The notes beneath the pieces are model-generated. The model made no database searches. It was given only the letters and a program-made list of their open reading frames with translations, and was not told where the DNA came from. A stretch of DNA of 64,000 bases. It comes from Clostridia bacterium (GTDB taxonomy: Bacteria > Bacillota > Clostridia > UBA1212 > UBA1255). How positions within the stretch are numbered: the first letter of the stretch is position 1; the number at the start of each line of letters is the position of its first letter. Below, in pieces: positions 20,989-31,169 of the stretch. The stretch lies in the NCBI GenBank assembly GCA_045546695.1, contig JAZQDE010000052.1:797-64796 (forward strand), given 5' to 3'. The position numbers were made by a program, and so were the translations under genes.

Positions 20989-21804
20989 CTATCTTATAAC
21001 TTCATAAATCATAAGCGCCGCAGCAACAGAAGCATTCAAAGACTCTGTGCCGCCCGGCATCGGAATAGTAAGAAGCTTGTCGCATTGATGTAGCGTAGCT
21101 GTAGATATGCCGTTTGCTTCATTACCGATGACGATAGCATTCTTGGGTGAAAACTTTTCACCAATCACACTGCTGCCTCCCCTGGGGTGTGCGGCATAAA
21201 CGGTAAAACCGGCATTTTTGATTGCATCAATAACAGATGCAGTATCTGTAAGATTCTGTACAAGGTCTATGTTGAACATACAACCTACAGTAGAGCGTGT
21301 CACTTTTGAATTGTATATATCAACGCAGCCTTCAAGTAATATTATCGCATCAAAAGCGGCTGCGGCCGCCGTGCGTATTATGGTGCCCAGATTGCCCGGA
21401 TCCCGCACATCTTCCAGAATAAGGATATTCTTCACCGATTCATCAAAAGACGGAAAATGGACCTTCTGAGGCTCTAAATAGTTGCACACACATGCGATGC
21501 CCTGCGGGGTCTTAGTGTCACTTATTGAAGCAAACACTTTATCTGATACGTACGTTGTACGTATGTTTTTCTTTTGTGCGAGCAACAAAACACGGCTGTA
21601 CTCATAATCTGCCTTAAAAGATGCGGAAATGACGAGTTCACGTACGAAATCCTTCTCTTCTAAAGCTTCAAGCACAGCCCTGAGGCCTTCTAACAAAAAG
21701 CACCTGTGCTCGTCTCTGAACTTCTTTTTAGTCAGAGACTGTATAAACTGCACAGGTCCGCTTTTAGTATCTGTTATAATCTTATCTGAATTAAAATTAT
21801 TCAC
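20989..21804 (-). CDS. TrmH/SpoU family RNA 2'-O-methyltransferase
   Basis: EGLRAV, TKTPQGI, LEDVRDPGNLGTIIRTA, VIGNEANG and ESLNASVAA. Confidence 0.92.
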   Translation of the reverse strand: MNNFNSDKIITDTKSGPVQFIQSLTKKKFRDEHRCFLLEGLRAVLEALEEKDFVRELVISASFKADYEYSRVLLLAQKKNIRTTYVSDKVFASISDTKTPQGIACVCNYLEPQKVHFPSFDESVKNILILEDVRDPGNLGTIIRTAAAAAFDAIILLEGCVDIYNSKVTRSTVGCMFNIDLVQNLTDTASVIDAIKNAGFTVYAAHPRGGSSVIGEKFSPKNAIVIGNEANGISTATLHQCDKLLTIPMPGGTESLNASVAAALMIYEVIR

Positions 21805-21815
21805 AGGTATAATAT

Positions 21816-22163
21816 TTACGCTTTAACTGATTCAACGAGCTTAGCAAAGCCGTTTGCATCATTAACAGCCATGTCTGCAAGAACTTTACGGTCAAGTGCG
21901 ATGCCTTTTACCTTAAGAGCGTGCATAAGTGTGCTGTATGACATACCATTGAGTCTTGCTGCTGCATTGATACGTGTGATCCAGAGCTTTCTGAAGTTTC
22001 TCTTGTTGGCACGTCTGTCTCTGTATGCATACATAGCTGACTTGATAACAGCCTGGTTTGCAGTCTTGAAGATTGTGCTCTTTCTTCCGAAATAACCCTT
22101 TGCTAATTTAATTACTCTTTTTCTTCTAGCTCTTGTAGCTACTGAATTCTTAACTCTTGACAT
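21816..22163 (-). CDS. rplT: 50S ribosomal protein L20
   Basis: MSRVK...AKGYFG...[25 protein letters not shown]...[10 protein letters not shown]. Confidence 0.99.
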   Translation of the reverse strand: MSRVKNSVATRARRKRVIKLAKGYFGRKSTIFKTANQAVIKSAMYAYRDRRANKRNFRKLWITRINAAARLNGMSYSTLMHALKVKGIALDRKVLADMAVNDANGFAKLVESVKA

Positions 22164-22183
22164 ATTTATTCAGCCTCCCTTTA

Positions 22184-22381
22184 TCAGACATATGGTAACA
22201 TTTTCTTTACTCTTGCTGCATCGCTACTAGCTGCAAAAGTCGGCATCTTGTGCTGGTTCTTTGCTTTACGTGGCTTGCTTACGAGTCTGTGACGTCTGCA
22301 AGCGTTGCTCATTTTTACTTTGCCGGTTGCTGTAACCTTAAATCTCTTCTTTGAAGCGCTGTGTGTTTTTACCTTAGGCAT
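22184..22381 (-). CDS. rpmI: 50S ribosomal protein L35
   Basis: MPKVKTHSASKKRFKVTATGK; located between infC and rplT. Confidence 0.98.
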   Translation of the reverse strand: MPKVKTHSASKKRFKVTATGKVKMSNACRRHRLVSKPRKAKNQHKMPTFAASSDAARVKKMLPYV

Positions 22382-22421
22382 AAATATAACTTCCCTTCTT
22401 TATTTACTTTGATATCTGTTA

Positions 22422-22931
22422 TTACTTAGGATTGATGATAACGTTCATTCTCTTGCCTTCTAACTTTGGTTCTTTGTCAAGTGTGCCATAATCCTTTACA
22501 TATTCTGCCATTCTCTTGACAAGCTCTACGCCTTCGTTAGTGTGGTTGAGCTCTCTTGTGGTGAAACGTACCGTAACCTTTACCTTGTCACCGCTCTGTA
22601 AGAACTTAGCTGCGTTCTTAGCCTTTACCATAAAGTCGTGATCACCGATACCGATGCTCAGTCTGACTTCTTTGATGTCAATGACTTTTTGATTCTTACG
22701 AATCTCCTTATCCTTTTTGTTCTGATCGAATATGAACTTGTCATAATCCATGATCCTACAAACAGGAGGCTTTGCAGCCTGTGCCACCATTACCAGATCA
22801 AGATCTTTGTCATAAGCAATCTTAAGAGCTTCCTTTGTAGGTATAATACCAATAAGCTGGCCGTTCTCATCAATGCATCTGACTTCGACTTCTCTGATGC
22901 CTTCGTTTACCATTGATTCATCCCTGTTAAT
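22422..22931 (-). CDS. infC: Translation initiation factor IF-3 with non-canonical ATT start
   Basis: INRD..VNEGIR..PPVCRIMDY..KEVRL. RBS GGAGGT is followed 7 nt later by ATT at 22931-22929. Confidence 0.96.
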   Translation of the reverse strand: MNRDESMVNEGIREVEVRCIDENGQLIGIIPTKEALKIAYDKDLDLVMVAQAAKPPVCRIMDYDKFIFDQNKKDKEIRKNQKVIDIKEVRLSIGIGDHDFMVKAKNAAKFLQSGDKVKVTVRFTTRELNHTNEGVELVKRMAEYVKDYGTLDKEPKLEGKRMNVIINPK

Positions 22932-22949
22932 AACAGACACCTCCATACA

Positions 22950-23085
22950 AAATAAAATAATAGCGAACCGAGTAATACGATCCGCTATTTAATCACAACA
23001 AAACATTAATTAATTGTCTTATGTGAGTAAACCCGCATGCCCAATCGCCTGCCAAGGTGGATAGCGTATCGCTTCACTTAAACTC
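22950..23085 (-). ncRNA. Probable L20 ribosomal protein leader with attenuator hairpin
   Basis: A roughly 150-nt leader lies between the promoter and infC, beginning AAGTGAAGCGATACGCT..CACCT and ending in hairpin AATAGCGGATC..GGTTCGCTATT plus a U-rich tract. This position is canonical for the L20 leader in Firmicutes. Confidence 0.7.
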
Positions 23086-23094
23086 GCGTCCGCT

Positions 23095-23124
23095 ATACTA
23101 TCACACAAGTACATTATATGTCAA
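23095..23124 (-). promoter_or_regulatory. Promoter of the infC operon
   Basis: TTGACA-18 bp-TAGTAT with an extended TG. Confidence 0.7.
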
Positions 23125-23127
23125 GCT

Positions 23128-24072
23128 TTATTTTAAAAGTTCCATTGCTGCTTCATATGCTTTTGTTACCTGAACTTCGTTCAGTGCGCAGTCATAAATA
23201 TTAGCTACGATGATACCATATGAGCCGCCGCTTGAGCCTGCAAGGTTTTCACTTGCGATATTGATGTTACCACCGATACCGAGTTCGTTGTGTCTTGCAG
23301 AACCAACTGTGAAGTCACCCTCACCAAAATCGCCCTCGCCAACAAGCTGTCCGTCGATATACATCTTTACAACTCTCTCGTCGATGTCGAGCATAGCGAT
23401 GATGTGGTGCACTTCGCCAACTGAAATAGGCTCGCCGTTGTTAGGGTCAACTGCGTATGCGTAGTTCGCTGCAACGAATTCTGAAGTGGAGTTGTCATAT
23501 GAACCAAAGTTGATATTGGGCCATGCGTTTGAACCTCTGAACATAAGGCCGAAACCACCGCCGTTACCATTACCAAATAATGGTGCATTTGTAGTAGTCT
23601 GAGCCTCTAACTGGAACAAAGCTTCAAATGTGATACCCTGTTCGTTGATGAGTTCTTCCCATGAATCGAGGTCTTCGAATAAAACAGTAATAAAGTCGCC
23701 TGCTTCTTCGCCGTAGTAAGTATTGAGCTTAACCTCTTTGCCGCCGTGGTTGTATGTGTATTCACCAACTGAGCCACCCATTACTTCAATGTAACCATTG
23801 TCTGTACCGTCAACAACTGTGTCGCCGTCTACCTTGAGTTCAAAGAAAGGAGCCGGGACTTTTGCCGGGTCAGGTGTAGGTGTAGGCACCGGAGTTGGTG
23901 TCGGAACAGGTGTAGGTGTCGGAACCGGTGTAGCTGTGGGTACAGCTGTCGGAGCCATTGTAGGTGCTTTTGTAGGATCTGCGCTGTTGTCATCGCCACC
24001 ACAAGCAACAAGTACTAAAGTAGCAACCAACATAAGCATGATCAGAATAGAAAACCTGGATGTTCTTTTCAT
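23128..24072 (-). CDS. Lipoprotein with Pro/Thr stalk and LamG/concanavalin-like jelly-roll domain
   Basis: Lipobox LVAC-GG and (PTPTPV)n linker; ITFEALF...GFGLMF...HHIIAMLD...[10 protein letters not shown]...IGGN fits the LamG pattern. Confidence 0.7.
   Translation of the reverse strand: MKRTSRFSILIMLMLVATLVLVACGGDDNSADPTKAPTMAPTAVPTATPVPTPTPVPTPTPVPTPTPDPAKVPAPFFELKVDGDTVVDGTDNGYIEVMGGSVGEYTYNHGGKEVKLNTYYGEEAGDFITVLFEDLDSWEELINEQGITFEALFQLEAQTTTNAPLFGNGNGGGFGLMFRGSNAWPNINFGSYDNSTSEFVAANYAYAVDPNNGEPISVGEVHHIIAMLDIDERVVKMYIDGQLVGEGDFGEGDFTVGSARHNELGIGGNINIASENLAGSSGGSYGIIVANIYDCALNEVQVTKAYEAAMELLK
23870..23970 (-). repeat. Coding low-complexity repeat (18-bp period) encoding the PTPTPV linker
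   Basis: Degenerate GGTGTAGGTGTCGGAAC-type units; translation [35 protein letters not shown]. Confidence 0.8.
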
Positions 24073-24167
24073 TATTACATTACCTCCGTTTTTATCGTCT
24101 TTTAATTTTGCTTAGTTTATCTTTTTTTGAGTTCGGATGCAATACTTTTTCTAAAAAAACAAATATT

Positions 24168-25715
24168 TTATTCGTTTATGAGAGTACATTCAATGCTACC
24201 GGAATATGTAAATGAGATAGTGTATTTACTTTGATAATTATACTTGCATGACATATTGATCATCACGTCTCTTATAACGCCTTCTGCGGCATCAGCTATT
24301 ATAATCAGCTCACCTTCAGCAGCCTCAACAACTGTAGAATCGTACGGATACGCTGACAAACTACTGTCATAATACGTAATATAATAAGCACAATATGCGT
24401 TAATATAATCATCTGCAAGATCAAAAGTATACGTTGTTATACTGCCATCTTCAGCTGTTGACGTGGCAATTGTTTCAAAAAGCATGTAATCCGGCACAAG
24501 ATACAACAATTGCTGATATATGTACTCAACAGCGTCATATGCATCTGCCTCTTGTTCTGAAACTTTTGTCTTATTTTCATACGCAACGTATTTGCCTGTC
24601 TTTGTTGAAAAGTTTTCGGTTATCGTATTTGTAGTTGTTTTAGGAGAAAGTTTGGAGCATTTGATTGTCTGCTCATAATCAATATCAAACGACAGCTCCT
24701 CGTCATTATTAACGTATTCTATGATATTTTCATCTGTAAAAGTCGCCGACGTATTGTTCACGACGAATTTGACTTCATTTTCAGAAGTCAATTCAAATCT
24801 GTTCTTTTCAACAAGATTAACGTATAAACCGGTCAGATTCTGAGCAAAATCCGGATGTGGCAGAATTTTGTATTCGTTGATATCGGGTGCTGCAATCATA
24901 TTTTCCTTATAATCAACTATATTAATATCCATCTCTATATCAATAACTGCAGTTTCGGAACCAATAACAATCTGAGCTTTGATACTGTTGTCTTCTTTTA
25001 CGATATTTTTTTCATCACTGATAACTACATTACCACTTGATTCCAATATAGTAACATCTTCAGGTAAAACTTCGATACCACATAACAGCAACGCCGATAC
25101 GACTTCGCCCTTCAGATACGAAGATTCTTTATCACACCCGGAGTATTGAATTTCCGCACCAAGAACTGTTTTTTCACCTGTGAAAATGTCATATACGTTT
25201 TCAACGGAATCCTGGCCATACAGCTCATCATACCCGTCACTCATATATGATTTAAATTCGTCGTGCGTCATTTCATAAGCAACCTTTGTTCCGTCGTTTT
25301 TCTGGTAAAAAATACCATCAATGTACGTTGTCTCTGAAACAATGGCATCTGCACTGCCTATTGCGATTATAGTTGAATCTGAAAATTGATACTGTTCGGT
25401 ATTTCTGTTGTTTTCATATATATTCGACCTCAAAATCGTTGAAAGAGTAACGTCGCCTACGGAAATAACGATACTTCCTATAATATCAATTCCGACGTTT
25501 TGTTTTTTATCAAAATTATCATTTGCCTCCGCATACAATTTCTTATAGTCATATTCTGTCCGTGCGGTAGCTGCAGGTGTGGTTTGAGTTCCGGATGCAG
25601 GCTTGTCCGCCTCATCTTTTGAACAACCCATAGAAAAAAGCATGAATAATATACAGAAAATGGTAACTACCCGTGAAAAAAATGTATAAGTCAACCTATG
25701 AGATTTATCAGACAT
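24168..25715 (-). CDS. Acidic lipoprotein of unknown function
   Basis: Hydrophobic signal ending SMGC-SKD; beta-rich, acidic 515-aa ORF with RBS GGAA. Confidence 0.65.
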   Translation of the reverse strand: MSDKSHRLTYTFFSRVVTIFCILFMLFSMGCSKDEADKPASGTQTTPAATARTEYDYKKLYAEANDNFDKKQNVGIDIIGSIVISVGDVTLSTILRSNIYENNRNTEQYQFSDSTIIAIGSADAIVSETTYIDGIFYQKNDGTKVAYEMTHDEFKSYMSDGYDELYGQDSVENVYDIFTGEKTVLGAEIQYSGCDKESSYLKGEVVSALLLCGIEVLPEDVTILESSGNVVISDEKNIVKEDNSIKAQIVIGSETAVIDIEMDINIVDYKENMIAAPDINEYKILPHPDFAQNLTGLYVNLVEKNRFELTSENEVKFVVNNTSATFTDENIIEYVNNDEELSFDIDYEQTIKCSKLSPKTTTNTITENFSTKTGKYVAYENKTKVSEQEADAYDAVEYIYQQLLYLVPDYMLFETIATSTAEDGSITTYTFDLADDYINAYCAYYITYYDSSLSAYPYDSTVVEAAEGELIIIADAAEGVIRDVMINMSCKYNYQSKYTISFTYSGSIECTLINE

Positions 25716-25728
25716 AATAATATTCCTT

Positions 25729-26514
25729 TCAATAAAGTGGATAATCTATATCGCCTGTCGTACCCGGCGAAGCAGAAGCACCCGGGTTACTTGTTGAAGT
25801 TTCGGAATTTGATGGATTTGCCGTAGGAAGAGTGCCGTTTTCCCCTTTTTCGCCGGTTGACATGCTTACAAGCAAAGCAGAAGCTATTACTGAAAAAGCA
25901 ATCAATATTGCAAGAATTACCAACAGTGCCTTGTTGGATATTATCGTAGCTTTTTCTTTGCTTTTTTCCTGTGAAGGCTCTTCTTTTGTATATGTAGAAG
26001 GCGCACGGTATGCCGGTCTCGGTCTTTGAGGCGGAACATTTTCCGTTTCCTGTTTATCCTCGCGACCCGTATGATTATCAATCTTATGTTCAGTGGTTCG
26101 TTCAGTTGGTGTTACCGGTCGTTGCGAAGGTCTTGTGCTATAGTATTCATGCCTGCTGTTGCCTACAGGTTTTTCAGCTTCTGAAATCAGCCTGTCAAGA
26201 ATCGCAATTGCTTTTTCTCTGTCTCTGCTGTCTTTTACAGAGTTAAAGACTCTTACGGCGCCTATTCTGTCACCGTTTGCGAAAACAAGGATGCCAAGAA
26301 CCATAATTGCGGAGCTGAATTCAGGACAAAGTGCCACAGCCTTACGCAAATCACTTTTTGCAATGTCGCGGTAGCCATCTTTTATCTCGTTCAGAGCTTT
26401 GTTATACAGTTCGAAGGCAATCTTGACCTGAGGCGTAAACCTTTTATCATCTGTTGGTATACGCTCAATATTTATCGGTCTGAAAGCTTGTAACTCTCTT
26501 GCAATATCAACCAT
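25729..26514 (-). CDS. TPR-domain membrane protein
   Basis: N-terminal TPR-like helices (YNKALNEIKDG...LRKAVALCPEF..AIMVLG), a disordered linker, one TM helix (ALLVILAILIAFSVIASALLV) and an S/T/P/G tail. Confidence 0.65.
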   Translation of the reverse strand: MVDIARELQAFRPINIERIPTDDKRFTPQVKIAFELYNKALNEIKDGYRDIAKSDLRKAVALCPEFSSAIMVLGILVFANGDRIGAVRVFNSVKDSRDREKAIAILDRLISEAEKPVGNSRHEYYSTRPSQRPVTPTERTTEHKIDNHTGREDKQETENVPPQRPRPAYRAPSTYTKEEPSQEKSKEKATIISNKALLVILAILIAFSVIASALLVSMSTGEKGENGTLPTANPSNSETSTSNPGASASPGTTGDIDYPLY

Positions 26515-26626
26515 ATTCTTACCTTATCAGTCACATCAGATCTTGTATTTTTTCCCACTTATGCATTGAAGTCTATGTAATAGAAATCACCATTATTTTA
26601 CATCATTTTCTGCTGTATGTAAACGG

Positions 26627-28255
26627 CTAAAAAGCAGTGGGAGCAAACCTGATATCGCAGATCACCGGCAGATGATCTGAAAGGTATATCCCATGGCGGT
26701 CATACAGCCTGATCTTATAAGAAAGAGCCGTCAGTGAATTTGGGGAATAAAGAACGTAGTCAACAGGCTCTTTTGCCGGATTATATTTTGTTCCGTTCGG
26801 GTTATGTGAAGCAACCATTGTAGCGCAAAAGCCCTCAGGCATGTTATCCGGCGCATCATAACGTGCATTTGAAAAAGGAGAGAACGCCTCTGTTCCATCG
26901 TCCAAAGTAAACTTTTTGATGCCTGTCAGCGTTTTATAAACCGAATATTTCTCACCCTCACTGTTAACTGCTGCCTGGTTCAAGTCCCCTGTCAATATCA
27001 TGGGTAAATCGCCAAAGCGTTGCAAAAACTTCAAGATAACAATAATCTGTTGCTTACGCAGAGCTCTTCCGTCACTGCCTCCCAGGCTATCGAGATGGGT
27101 ATTGAAATGTATGAATTCGTTTCCTGTTACGCGGTCACGCAAGTGTGCCCAAGTACAAATACGAACGTATTGGCTCCCCTCAAATTTTGATCCCGATACA
27201 TCCGGTGTATCAGACAGCCAAAATGTGCCACTGTCTATAAGCTCATACTTATCTACACGATAGTAAATGGGATTTGCCTCTCCTCCCGGCGTCCTTGGTT
27301 CGCCAACGCTTGCATAGCTCTTATTGAAAATAAAGTTATCCATCATGCCACGCCAAAGAGTTGTTACCTCCTGTAAGCCAATTGAATCAGGCATATATTC
27401 ATCTAATAAATCGCGTAGCATATCTGCACGGATATCTGCACGAACCTGAGTTCCGTTTTCTGTTTGTACGTTAAAAGACATAATCTTTGCCACATAATTA
27501 TCTGCCGTTTGCTCTTTTATAGGGTATGTGGTAGCCGGCATGTATTTAAGAGATTCATCCTTATCCGTAAAAAAAGCCATGCTGTCAATATACAGCACTT
27601 CACCGTTCTCGGCTGCCATATTTTCCATATCAAAACGCAGAAGTGGAAGATTTTTGCTGTATTTAGACAGATTAATCCAAAGATATTGCCAATCCTCAGT
27701 CCTTTGGAGTCGATAATCCACCTGGCCTGTCACACCTGTACCGGAAGGTGTCTCAGTTGAATAGCCGTAGAAGGAAAAAATCCCCCCCGTCAGGCCTGCG
27801 CCGCGCACGCGCAGCACAAGATACTGATATTCCTGCGTGTTCACTGATTTATATCCTAAATCCTTAGCCAACTGTGCATGTTTAAAATATATGTAAGGGT
27901 CGCTAGTACCTGCTGCCATAATTGAAGATGACGTCAATGCCAGTACCTGCCCGTCTGTCTCAGTGTCCGCTAATGAAACAGCACACTGATGCGGCCGAAT
28001 AAAGTATTTTGCCAGATCAATATCTTTTGGAATGTCAGAAAAAGACAGTGTAGTCAAAACTTCCTGCTCAGGTGTTTGAGTCGGAGCCGTAGTTGCAGCC
28101 GTAGTTGGAGCAGCAGTCGGCTTTTGAGTCAGAGTCGGTACCATAGTGTTCTCTGCCAAATCATTATTACCGTCACATGCAACCAGTTGCAATATAACGA
28201 GTAAAATTGCAAGTGCAATACAAATAAATCTAACGTTTTTTTCTACGTATCTCAC
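26627..28255 (-). CDS. Lipoprotein with Pro/Thr stalk, beta-sandwich-like domain and C-terminal endonuclease/exonuclease/phosphatase (EEP) domain
   Basis: Lipobox LVAC; EEP motifs IMSFNV, IGLQEV, FNTHLD, TGDLN, VDYVL and SDHLPV. Confidence 0.82.
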   Translation of the reverse strand: MRYVEKNVRFICIALAILLVILQLVACDGNNDLAENTMVPTLTQKPTAAPTTAATTAPTQTPEQEVLTTLSFSDIPKDIDLAKYFIRPHQCAVSLADTETDGQVLALTSSSIMAAGTSDPYIYFKHAQLAKDLGYKSVNTQEYQYLVLRVRGAGLTGGIFSFYGYSTETPSGTGVTGQVDYRLQRTEDWQYLWINLSKYSKNLPLLRFDMENMAAENGEVLYIDSMAFFTDKDESLKYMPATTYPIKEQTADNYVAKIMSFNVQTENGTQVRADIRADMLRDLLDEYMPDSIGLQEVTTLWRGMMDNFIFNKSYASVGEPRTPGGEANPIYYRVDKYELIDSGTFWLSDTPDVSGSKFEGSQYVRICTWAHLRDRVTGNEFIHFNTHLDSLGGSDGRALRKQQIIVILKFLQRFGDLPMILTGDLNQAAVNSEGEKYSVYKTLTGIKKFTLDDGTEAFSPFSNARYDAPDNMPEGFCATMVASHNPNGTKYNPAKEPVDYVLYSPNSLTALSYKIRLYDRHGIYLSDHLPVICDIRFAPTAF

Positions 28256-28383
28256 AACAATACCTCCGTGAAAAATCTAACCGTTACAGTAACTCAGACG
28301 CTCATCCTTACCATATTTTCGCCCATTTTACTCTATTTAATGTTTTTAGTGAAAACGCCAAAAGCCGCATGAAATAAGGTTTT

Positions 28384-31143
28384 TTAAGTACCGCCACAGC
28401 ACCTTTTATACTTTTTACCACTACCGCATGGACATGGATCATTTGGTCCTATTTTACTTCCGGTTCTGGTTACCGGTTTTGCTTTTGCCGGAGCAGACTT
28501 TGGTTTCTCCCGCGGGCCGGTCTCTCCTAAGACTTCTTTACCTTCACCCGTTACTCGTCTTCTTTCGGGTTTATCCTTTCCTACTATTTTCACAGAAAAA
28601 ATTCTTCTTAATGACTCATCCTGTATAGTTGTGATCATTGCATCAAACATGTTAAATGCTTCAAATTTGTACTCGACAACAGGATCCTTGTGGCCGTATG
28701 CGCGCAGGCCCACCTCATATTTGAGCTGGTCGATGCAGTCAATATGCGTCATCCAGTTTTCATCAACAGTCCTGAGCATAATAACGCGCTCAACCTCACG
28801 CATAACTTCGCTTGTAAATTCATTTTCGCGTGTATCATATCTTTGAGTGCAGTCTGCAATCAACTCTTCTGCGAGTTTATCCGGCTTAATCTTGTCAATA
28901 TTTGCCTTATACGCAGCAATAATTGCAGGATTTGCTATGCCGACAAGGTCATCTCTGAGCATATCGAAATCCCAGTACTGTCTGTCGATTTCTTTATTGC
29001 AGGCAGCTTCAACAGCGCCTGTAATACGTTTATTTATCATATTGAGATAGTTATCTTTAAGGTCGCAGCCATCGAGCACCTTGCGACGTTCAGCATAAAT
29101 AATTTCTCTTTGCTGGTTAATAACGTCGTCATATTGAAGAACGTTTTTACGGATGTCAAAGTTACGTGCTTCTACGCGTTTCTGAGCTGACTCGATAGCA
29201 CCTGAGAGCATCTTGTTTTCAATTGCAAAATCCTCTTCAATTCTGAGTGTGTTCATTACAGCTTCGATACGTTCAGAACCAAACAGACGCATAAGGTCGT
29301 CTTCTAATGATATATAGAATTGTGAAACGCCCGGGTCGCCTTGTCTGCCGGCTCTGCCTCGCAGCTGGTTGTCGATACGGCGTGATTCGTGACGTTCTGT
29401 ACCCATGATGAAAAGACCGCCGGCTTCGATTACTTTTTCTCTGTCAGCCTTAGTCTGCTCTGAATATTTTTTAACAAGTTCTCTGAAATGTGCTCTTGTA
29501 TTGAGTACAATCTCGTCATCTGTATCTGCGAAGCTGTCAGCCAACGCAATTAGCTGCTCTGCATAACCTTCTTTGCGCATCTCCTGCTTTGCCATATATT
29601 CACTGTTGCCACCTAAAACGATATCGGTACCACGGCCTGCCATGTTTGTAGCGATTGTAACAGCACCGAATTTACCTGCCTGGGCGATGATTTCAGCTTC
29701 TCTTTCGTGATTCTTGGCATTGAGCACGTTATGTGGCACACCATTTCGGCCGAGGATTTTGCTGAGGAATTCTGATTTTTCAATAGACACTGTACCGATA
29801 AGAAGTGGCTGACCTTTTTCATGTGCCTCTTTTGCATCTTTTACAAGTGCCTTATATTTACCTTCAAGAGTCTTGTAAACTGCGTCCGGTTTATCTACTC
29901 TTGCAACAACTTTATTTGTCGGTACAACGACAACGTCAAGCGCATATATGCCGTTGAACTCGCCTTCTTCTGTAAGGGCAGTACCTGTCATACCTGACAG
30001 TTTATGGTACATTCTGAAGAAGTTCTGGAATGTAATCGTAGCCTGAGTCATGCTTTCTTTTTCAATTTTTACATGCTCTTTTGCTTCGATTGCCTGATGT
30101 AAGCCTTCGTTGTAGCGGCGGGCGAACATAAGACGTCCCGTAAATTCATCTACGATAATTACTTCGCCGTCTTTTACAACGTAGTCAATATCTTTTTTCA
30201 TGATACCGTGAGCCTTTATAGCCTGATTGATATGGTGTGAAAGCTCACTGTTTTCAGGATCTGACAAGTTGTCGATCGCAAACCATTTTTCGGCTTTTTC
30301 GATACCATGTTTTGTAAGAACACTGCTTCTTGCCTTTTCATCGACGATATAATCTTCCGTAACGTCGTCCATGAGGTCCTTGCTGTCTGTTTCTTTTATC
30401 ACAAGGCACTTGAGAGTAGCGGCAAAGCTGTTTGCTTTTTCATAAAGCTCACTTGATTTGTTGCCGGGTCCTGAAATAATAAGCGGAGTTCTTGCTTCGT
30501 CGATAAGGATACTGTCGACCTCGTCTACGATTGCAAAATTGAGTTCTCTTTGAACGAGATGCTGTTTGTAAATAACCATGTTATCTCTCAGATAGTCAAA
30601 TCCGAGCTCGTTATTTGTAGCATATGTGATATCGCAATTGTATGCCTCGCGTCTCTGGTCAGATGTAAGACCGTGAACGATAACGCCGACAGAAAGACCG
30701 AGGAAGTTGTAAATTTTTCCCATCCATTCGCTGTCTCGTTTTGCAAGATAATCGTTTACTGTAACGAGATGAACGCCTTTTCCTGTCAGTGCGTTGAGAT
30801 ACGCAGGCAGCGTGGATACGAGAGTCTTACCTTCACCTGTTTTCATTTCTGCAATACGTCCCTGGTGAAGAATAATACCACCCATCATCTGTACGTCATA
30901 ATGTCTCTGACCGAGCACGCGCTTTGCAGCTTCTCTTACTACCGCAAAAGCCTCGGGAAGTATATCGTCAAGATCCTCTCCTGCTGCAAGACGAGATTTG
31001 AAAATATTAGTCATCTCTTTGAGCTCGGCATCTGATTTTGCAACCATAGTCGGCTCAAGATTGTTAATCTCTTCAACAACAGGTCTGATCTGTTTAATCG
31101 CTCTTTCACTGTTTGTACCAAAAATTTTCTCAAAAAGTCCCAT
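28384..31143 (-). CDS. secA: Preprotein translocase subunit SecA
   Basis: EMKTGEGKTL, VDEVDSILIDEARTPLIISG, ATNMAGRGTDI, RIDNQLRGRAGRQGDPG and C-terminal Zn motif CPCGSGKKYKRCC. Confidence 0.99.
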   Translation of the reverse strand: MGLFEKIFGTNSERAIKQIRPVVEEINNLEPTMVAKSDAELKEMTNIFKSRLAAGEDLDDILPEAFAVVREAAKRVLGQRHYDVQMMGGIILHQGRIAEMKTGEGKTLVSTLPAYLNALTGKGVHLVTVNDYLAKRDSEWMGKIYNFLGLSVGVIVHGLTSDQRREAYNCDITYATNNELGFDYLRDNMVIYKQHLVQRELNFAIVDEVDSILIDEARTPLIISGPGNKSSELYEKANSFAATLKCLVIKETDSKDLMDDVTEDYIVDEKARSSVLTKHGIEKAEKWFAIDNLSDPENSELSHHINQAIKAHGIMKKDIDYVVKDGEVIIVDEFTGRLMFARRYNEGLHQAIEAKEHVKIEKESMTQATITFQNFFRMYHKLSGMTGTALTEEGEFNGIYALDVVVVPTNKVVARVDKPDAVYKTLEGKYKALVKDAKEAHEKGQPLLIGTVSIEKSEFLSKILGRNGVPHNVLNAKNHEREAEIIAQAGKFGAVTIATNMAGRGTDIVLGGNSEYMAKQEMRKEGYAEQLIALADSFADTDDEIVLNTRAHFRELVKKYSEQTKADREKVIEAGGLFIMGTERHESRRIDNQLRGRAGRQGDPGVSQFYISLEDDLMRLFGSERIEAVMNTLRIEEDFAIENKMLSGAIESAQKRVEARNFDIRKNVLQYDDVINQQREIIYAERRKVLDGCDLKDNYLNMINKRITGAVEAACNKEIDRQYWDFDMLRDDLVGIANPAIIAAYKANIDKIKPDKLAEELIADCTQRYDTRENEFTSEVMREVERVIMLRTVDENWMTHIDCIDQLKYEVGLRAYGHKDPVVEYKFEAFNMFDAMITTIQDESLRRIFSVKIVGKDKPERRRVTGEGKEVLGETGPREKPKSAPAKAKPVTRTGSKIGPNDPCPCGSGKKYKRCCGGT

Positions 31144-31169
31144 TTTCTGAATCTCTTCTCCTTAATTTA

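Noticed and set aside
23870-23970. Short periodic DNA repeats as a CRISPR or contingency locus
   Set aside because: The degenerate 18-bp units are in frame and encode a Pro/Thr linker; there are no spacers and no cas genes.
28277-28287. Palindrome GTTACAGTAAC upstream of the EEP lipoprotein gene as a cre/LacI operator
   Set aside because: Too short, and a poor match to the cre consensus; could arise by chance.
28690-31035. Several 60-170 aa ORFs antisense to secA (and similar ones against gap, the glp genes, addA and the hydratase)
   Set aside because: Shadow ORFs of conserved genes; no independent expression signals or motifs.
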